A stretch of 64,000 bases of DNA from Sarea resinae. Lineage: Eukaryota. The stretch spans positions 62,001 to 126,000 of the forward strand of contig JAPEUD010000046.1 of assembly GCA_026026165.1 (NCBI GenBank). Reading direction: 5' to 3'. Each line of letters starts with the position of its first letter. The stretch's first letter is position 1. Shown here one piece after another: positions 57,338-64,000 of this stretch. The notes beneath the pieces are model-generated. The model did no database searches. It was not told where the DNA came from and saw only the letters and a list, made by a program, of their open reading frames with translations. Both the position numbers and the translations under genes were made by a program.

Positions 57338-60300
57338 AATAGGCTAGACCAGACTCCAGCCTCTAGTAATAAGAGAGAGAGAGAGAGAGAGAAGTAGGTA
57401 GGTAGGGCAAATCGCGTTAGTGCCACATAGACCGTATACAGATTACAGGTTGATATGATATCAGGGTGAGTTTGGCTAGGTTTGATTAGCTAGTAGCGTT
57501 GATAGAAAGGGGAGAGGGTAGGAGAAGGAGAGGAGGGAGAAGAAAGAAGAGGGAGAAGAAAGAGGGAAGAGGGAAGAGAAAAAGGAGCAGTGGGCAGGGA
57601 GCAGAAGAGAGCAGAGAGGCTATCAGACGGTTACACGGAAGTGTACGAAGTAGTACTGTCTTCCAATTGTTCCAGGGCTTCATTGTTCACGAGATTGTAG
57701 AGGTGGACTGTAGTAGACTGTGATAGTAGTAGTAGTAGATTATGTGAGCAGTAGCTACGGTGGTAGTGCCGACATCATGATTGTCGGAACCCAGTCTGTA
57801 CCCAAACAGATGAAAGCTCACCAGGGGAGCGCTTCCTTTTTGGTTCAGACATCTCGACAATACTCAAAGCGGAGGACCACTAACCGAGTACCTCAGACGT
57901 AGCCAGTAACATAGATAGTAACCCATTACCAGCGCAGCCGCAGCAAAACAGTAGAAAGTAATAGCGCAACAGCGTCGTAAATCCAGCCTCGACATACCCC
58001 GTAAACAAAAGCATAATCCCCCGAATCGATAACCTTATTCCTCACTCCTCGCTCCGCCCTGCCTCGCCTCACGTCTTCACCGCTTCTTCATTCGGTAAGG
58101 GGGCGGGAGAGAGGGAGACAGATGACGACGAAGAAAGCGATAAGCTTCTAGCTTTGGAAGACAAGGGGCGTGGAATTTAATGCAATGCGGTGTGAGGTGG
58201 TGGATCTACTGTACGAATAGAGAATAGAACAGCAGAGCGGACTGAAGGTCAAGTAGACTGAAGTAGAGAGTGGTGAAGAGATCAAAAAGTATGAGAATGT
58301 TCCTTACCAGCTTAGGTGAGAGGGAGAGGGGGAAGCCATCATGCGGCAGTAGGTAGCGTACACTTGTGGCGGAAGGCAAATGCTCTCATCTGCGTGATCG
58401 GAGTGTGCTGTATATGTGGAGGAGGAATAATTACCATGATCGTGCGTGCAATGGCCAAGCAAACTAAGCAGGCACGTACGAGGCTTGACGAGGAAAATAT
58501 CGAAGATAGAAACATCCACCTGCCACTGCTCGTCCACGATATGGCAGACATGAATCGAAAACGAGGGGAAACCGAAAGTTTTGTTGGGCTGCGAGACTGC
58601 ATTCCTTTCTGCAGAATCGTGGCGCACTACGTACTGGTACTAGCACGGGCACAGACGCAGACGTATGCAAGACACCTTACGCAAGACGGATGCATTAAAG
58701 GTAAGAGACGGAGGCTAAATCACGCGTTTTCCCATCGAGGGGTGCTCTCGGTATTCTCGAGAATAGGATGCTTGTCAGGTTGCGGACGGAGGCATCCCGT
58801 TACCCTAAAACGGCTTTGCTGAGTGGACAATCTGTTGAATCGATAGCTCAGCTCTCGTGCACAAGCGGTCGGGGCCCTTGGCGATCCTGGGACTTGGTAA
58901 ATAGATATCCAAGGTCAGCTGTTCTCTGCGAAGGAAGGACAAAGGTTTCCGGGGAATTGAAAATGCAAATTGCCATCCCATCAATTGCCGTCCCGTCGCT
59001 CTGATACGGATAGATGAGTGAATGGGGAAATGAGAAAGGTCGCCGAGACTAGACTGATGGGATTCCGGGTCGTATGTTTTGCGCGTCCTTTGACGTGTCA
59101 GAAAAATATCGATATGGCTATCATTTCCCGCTCCTGTTGCAGGCCTTCGGCTTGTGGATGCATACATCCTGAGGTCTTGTGCTGCTGGCTCGGCAAGGTA
59201 AAGCCCTTTTCGAATTTGACTCATCAGGGTGTGCGTCGGGGAATTAAGCTCAAGCTTCTCCAGCCACTTGGCCTGGCGTGTGGCTTCAGGGTCGGGCCAG
59301 GCTGAAGGCGTGGCAGGTTGGGCGGCGGCAGTCATTGCGTAAGTTCAGAGCCGCTGAAGTTTAAGTCTGCCTTGCGTGCCTAGGTGATGGAGCCACTCCA
59401 CCGTTCCCGCCCACTCGATTGAGTACCTCACCCAAATTCATGCAACCAGCAGGCCTTTGACTTTCCCTTGTCGGTGCGCTTTGACTCCCTCCTCTTACCT
59501 TAGGACGACGGATCTGCACACACGACAATGGGTACCTGAAAGCGTGGATTCCGGGTTAAACAGCTGACAACCTTGTATCACCCTGCCTTCATTCTCGTAC
59601 CCCGGATGCGGATCCTCCAGTCCAGGGTAGAGGGTCGTGAGGCGTCCGACCCGGGAAAATGAACGAGGACCGTTGCGAAAGTCTGATGTGAACTTTAAAA
59701 GTTTGAATGGACGTCGATCTTTCGCCTCTCATGTTTCGCATACAAATGTGTTGGCAGAGGCCACAGACTAATCCGGCTTGTTCATCAGTGGGAAAAATAA
59801 TGCCCAGAGACGAGAGAATCCTCACTGTGGGACTCGAAATCAAGCTTTTCTTTCGCAATCATCGCGACTTCCTTTTTTGGTTGTTTCGATTACGATGACG
59901 GATGGGAAGTCTGGTGGCTACCTGCAGATTGTTCGAATGTGACGTGTCAAATAAAGAGAGTTCATGTACCTCGTCTGCAGAAACGCAGCGGTGTATCCCG
60001 AACCACGGGTTGCTCACGCCGTGAAGAAGGGGTGGCCTCGTCGAGAGCCACGGCGAGAACAAGGGCAATCATGCTCGAAGGTTTGCAAACCTCGCGGGTG
60101 TTTACTCCGAGTGCAGAGTAGGTTATGTCAGAAGTACTCCGTACAGCGCCTCCCGCGAACTTGTGTAACAGACAGCTGTCGCGCTAGGAACATTCCGTAT
60201 GATGCTTTTCTGGGAGCCGATATTTGAGTATCATTTGTGACTTCGGGAATTGCCTGGTCTCGGATTTCCCGCGAATAAAGAGAACAAGAGGGAAGAGTCT

Positions 60301-63234
60301 CGCCAAGATCTCGCTGGCTGCAGGTTGTGGAGTTGAAATGGCCCATGGGTCAACCGTCGTCCGAGACAAGGGACACTGCCCAATGAAAGAAAGACTCGAA
60401 TTGGTAATTGCCTTCTTTTCGCTCACACATCTGCCGAGGCGTAGATTAATATGAAGCCAACTCGCGATAGTATGGAGTCGAGGCATGTAACAAGGGTCAT
60501 CGTGTCGTTAGGGCAAAGATCATCCGCTAAAGATCGCCGGGAAGATCCATGAGATAGATCAAAAAAAAAGTAAACATATCACAGATGTGACGAAATCATT
60601 TCTACCCTGTAGGGTCTCTTCCTGTTTCCAGACCGTGCCCAATCGATACCGATAAAAAGAAAGTCTAATCGCAATTCCAGAAATCTTGCTCACGCGATGT
60701 TTCCAGTCTTCAACATAGGCCCTAAAGACGGCCCGCGACCCAGCCGTGCGGAGTGCAAGCTTCAATTTCTCCCCCATCAGATGTTACAGACAATGTGATC
60801 AATTTGTGCCTGACCCACTGATTAGAGTTCACGCTTGAAAACGAGACCACTTCTCGTCTCAAGATCTCTTTGATCAAAGGACCGCACGCATTCTCTGGTG
60901 CAATTGCTTCTATCGGATTGCCGCTGGGTCGTGTACCTTCTGGCGGATAACAAACAAATCCGTATACCATCGCCATTGGACGGCTTCAGTGTCGTGCAGA
61001 AGGCGTCTGGCGTCGAGAGCATTTGGGCGATCGGATAAAAGCATTACAGCGGAAACCCTGTTGCAACTCTCTCAACGTCTCCCAAGCACCAGCATTATTA
61101 GGAGACGAGTCCTCGAAAGAAAAGAAGGCAGACGGCAAAACCTCGCCAGGTCCACGAATCCTTGTCCTTGGTATATGCACTGAACCGGTCCCGCTACATG
61201 TACGCCATAGACGAGGTGTTTAAACGCGGATTCGACTACCATTTCTATCAGCCAGTTGAAGGTGAGCCGCAACGTGTGATATCACAGCGTCCTCGGAAAG
61301 AGCTTAGTCCCTCACCAGAACATCGGATTGACTTTGCATCAAATCTCTCAGTCTATGTTTTTCTGCATCCGCTTGGATAGAGATTGTTTCAATTCAGTGG
61401 ACTTGTTAAGCTCGCGGCAAACTCGAGATTATATCTGTAGTACAGACTATTCTCGCTGGCAGCGTGTAACGGCGGTAAGAGTGATTGAGGTCTCGGAGCT
61501 GTCAAGCAATCAATCAACTGGAGCCTTCAAATTTCCCGTTCGTGTGACGGCTAAAGCCAAGGCGCGGTGTGGAACTGAACTGTCCTCTGTCGGGATAGTG
61601 AGGCGTCTTTGGTGTCTTTGAGAAGTATAAAGTCGGCTCCGTGGCTCGAAAAATATCGTCCTTGAGAATCCAGATCCAGCTTCTATCACGTACAATCCGT
61701 CTATCCCTCATTCAGAGTCTTGAGTCATCTTCGACATACTATCTCTATTACCGCTCAAGGCAAAATGTCTTCCCTATTTGCTCGGTATGCACTGCTCGCG
61801 GGTTCGCCAATGGAATCAATTATAGAATCGATTCTTCCAACAAAGGATTCGGTGGACCTGGGAGCGGACGTTGGAGGAGTTGAGTGTCTGCCAGTATGTT
61901 CTTTTGATGAGAACCTTGTCAAAACCCAGGGGACCTGCTAACAAGAGACTGGCATTGTAGATGTCGGGGAGAAAGTGTCCCACATGCGCCGGTCGAGGGC
62001 AGGAGGTGTGGGTGATCAAGGGAAAGCATTGTCCCCACTGTGGTACGGCTTGCTAGCCCATCAAAAGGTATCAGTCAACTCTCATTGCCTCGAAAGAGCT
62101 CTGGCTAATTTCTTCACAGTGAAGACACCGCTTCGAAAACGATAGTATTAAATTCGTCGTCAACAGCAGGCTGTGCCTGGCAACCTTTGAGGCACTGGAT
62201 TGGGCATTTAGCATTTCACCTACTTTTCTATGTTATTGATGGGCAAGGACGGGAATCCGGGGTCTCCAAAAGTGTTTTTAGCGGCATCGTCTTGCATTGT
62301 ACCTTTATAATTCTCTGATTAGCTTGCAAATGAAAAGTCTGCACCTCTCCTCAAGGCAGAGCTCGAGAGTAGCACCGCGAAGCAAGGCCAGCCATCGGAG
62401 AGGCAAAAAGTATTTGCACTTTAGTAGAGGCCTCAAAGCTAAAGTACGCACCTCACGACGGAACCGCTCCACAGGACCTGGTACGACTTATCGAGTTTGT
62501 AATAGCAGCACAGCCACTGCTGAGAGGCGAATATCGGCATTTTAGGTAGCAAAGGGCCATTCTCAAGACTGCCCAGGTGTACAGTCTGCAATGATTTCCG
62601 ACCAGGGTTTGCGGTGAAGCTGACAAACAGGATAAATAGTACGACAAGCTTGGACGATTATTCGAAGCATTTCAGAGAAAACCTGAAGATGGGCGCGGCA
62701 CTTGATTCTCATATTCTCTGATGTTGGGGCTTCAATGGAAGCCCGCTCTCTGAGAACCTTCAGCATCATCGAACTTCAGCAACATCAGCTTGCTGACAGC
62801 AACATTTTCCGATGGAAGTCTAGGCGATGCTCTACGTCTGCTTCTGCGTTGGGCTTGCAATTGAGTGAACGGAGCCGGAGGTATTGAAGTTTCTATACGA
62901 AGTTGACGACGCTGAGATGATCTGAAGTGCAGTGGATTACTGAGTATTGAAGTGAAGTGAGGTGAGATGGATACGAGTCGAGTCGAGTTGTGTGTTGTTG
63001 CTGTGAGTCGCTGCACTACAGAGTTTCTGGTATGGTCACAGCACGGGAACAAGGGTCCTCGAACTCTCCCGGTCGCAGATCACCGCGCCCACCAAAGGTC
63101 GAGCTGACGTGGCTGCCGCGCAACAACGTCGCGAAAGGCCATCGCGACCTCCAGATCGAGCAAATTGATAGAGAAGTCTTTTCAATAGCTTAGCCTTTTG
63201 AACCCCGGAAGCAGGTAGACATTGAGCGGGCAAC

Positions 63235-63705
63235 ATGGCCACGACGGCCTCGACGCAGCTCGATCCTCGACCCGCCAGACCCGACCAACTACACGCCGTC
63301 GAGGACATCGTTCGCCGCGCCTACTCGCCATATGTAAGCCGTATCGGACGAGCGCCAGGACCGATGCTGGACGACTATGGCGCCCTGATCCGCCATGGCC
63401 GCGTCCATGTCGTCGAGCGGGATGGCGTCGTCCAGGGCATCCTGGTGCTCATCCCCGACAAGGACACGATGCTGCTGGACAACGTCGCCGTTGCTCCATC
63501 GGCCCAGGGATCGGGGCTGGGGCGCAGGATGCTCGAATACGCGGAGCAGTCCGCTCGGGAGGCAGGCTACCGCTTCATGAAGCTCTACACCAACGAGGCC
63601 ATGACCGAGAACATTGGCCTCTATTCCCGCATCGGTTACGTGGAAACACACCGGGCCGAAGAGAAGGGACTGAAGCGGGTTTACATGCTCAAGACCTTGG
63701 CCTGA
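63235..63705 (+). CDS. GNAT-family N-acetyltransferase, 156 aa, intronless, bacterial-type
   Basis: Acetyl-CoA binding motif A LDNVAVAPSAQGSGLGRRML and motif B LYTNEAMTENIGLYSRIGY; good start context (CAACATGG); strongly G/C-ending codons. Confidence 0.92.
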   Translation: MATTASTQLDPRPARPDQLHAVEDIVRRAYSPYVSRIGRAPGPMLDDYGALIRHGRVHVVERDGVVQGILVLIPDKDTMLLDNVAVAPSAQGSGLGRRMLEYAEQSAREAGYRFMKLYTNEAMTENIGLYSRIGYVETHRAEEKGLKRVYMLKTLA

Positions 63706-64000
63706 CCTCCTCGGGCTGCCACCTGCCATCCATCTTCATCTCGGTCTGCCTTGCTCGATCTGATCACGACAGATCCTATGCCGCTTTTCAAGCGTTTCGA
63801 CAGAAACGAAAGCCCACATGAATGTACTGTGGATTGGTCCAGCAATAACTTACCTTGCTCGTAGCTGAAGATCTCGCACCTTTGGCAACCTACGAGCTAG
63901 CTTAGTCAGAAAGTAAATATTAAACGTCATTGTGTCGCCGTGCGATTCCACGCAGCAGGAATGGCATAGTCATGACGTCTGAGCTGCAATGGGCTAACAG

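Overview
Eukaryotic DNA from a filamentous ascomycete (Pezizomycotina), shown by short GT-AG introns with CTRAY branch points, many microsatellites and an AT-rich, RIP-like relic. I can support 16 protein-coding genes, with exon structures reconstructed by hand. In order: an Ace1/SltA-type C2H2 factor (5' end outside the window), AMP deaminase, PTC7-type PP2C, Prp4, a small cupin, an NB-ARC/TPR NLR-like gene, a 4-exon CYSTM-type protein, a VIT-vWA protein, a Pro-rich coiled-coil protein, three tandem co-oriented C2H2 zinc-finger genes, Yos9, Jac1, a PI-phospholipase C and an intronless bacterial-type GNAT. The most notable observations are: (1) an 11/12 match to the fungal histone H3 tail (RKQLASKAARRS, with Arg at the K27-equivalent position) inside the VIT-vWA protein; (2) the trio of related zinc-finger genes with a RIP-like relic and a perfect 23-bp palindrome between two of them; (3) the candidate horizontally acquired GNAT; (4) telomere-type TTAGGG repeats that supply a stop codon. 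No rRNA, tRNA, CRISPR array or intact transposon could be supported. All family assignments come from motif recognition, not database searches.
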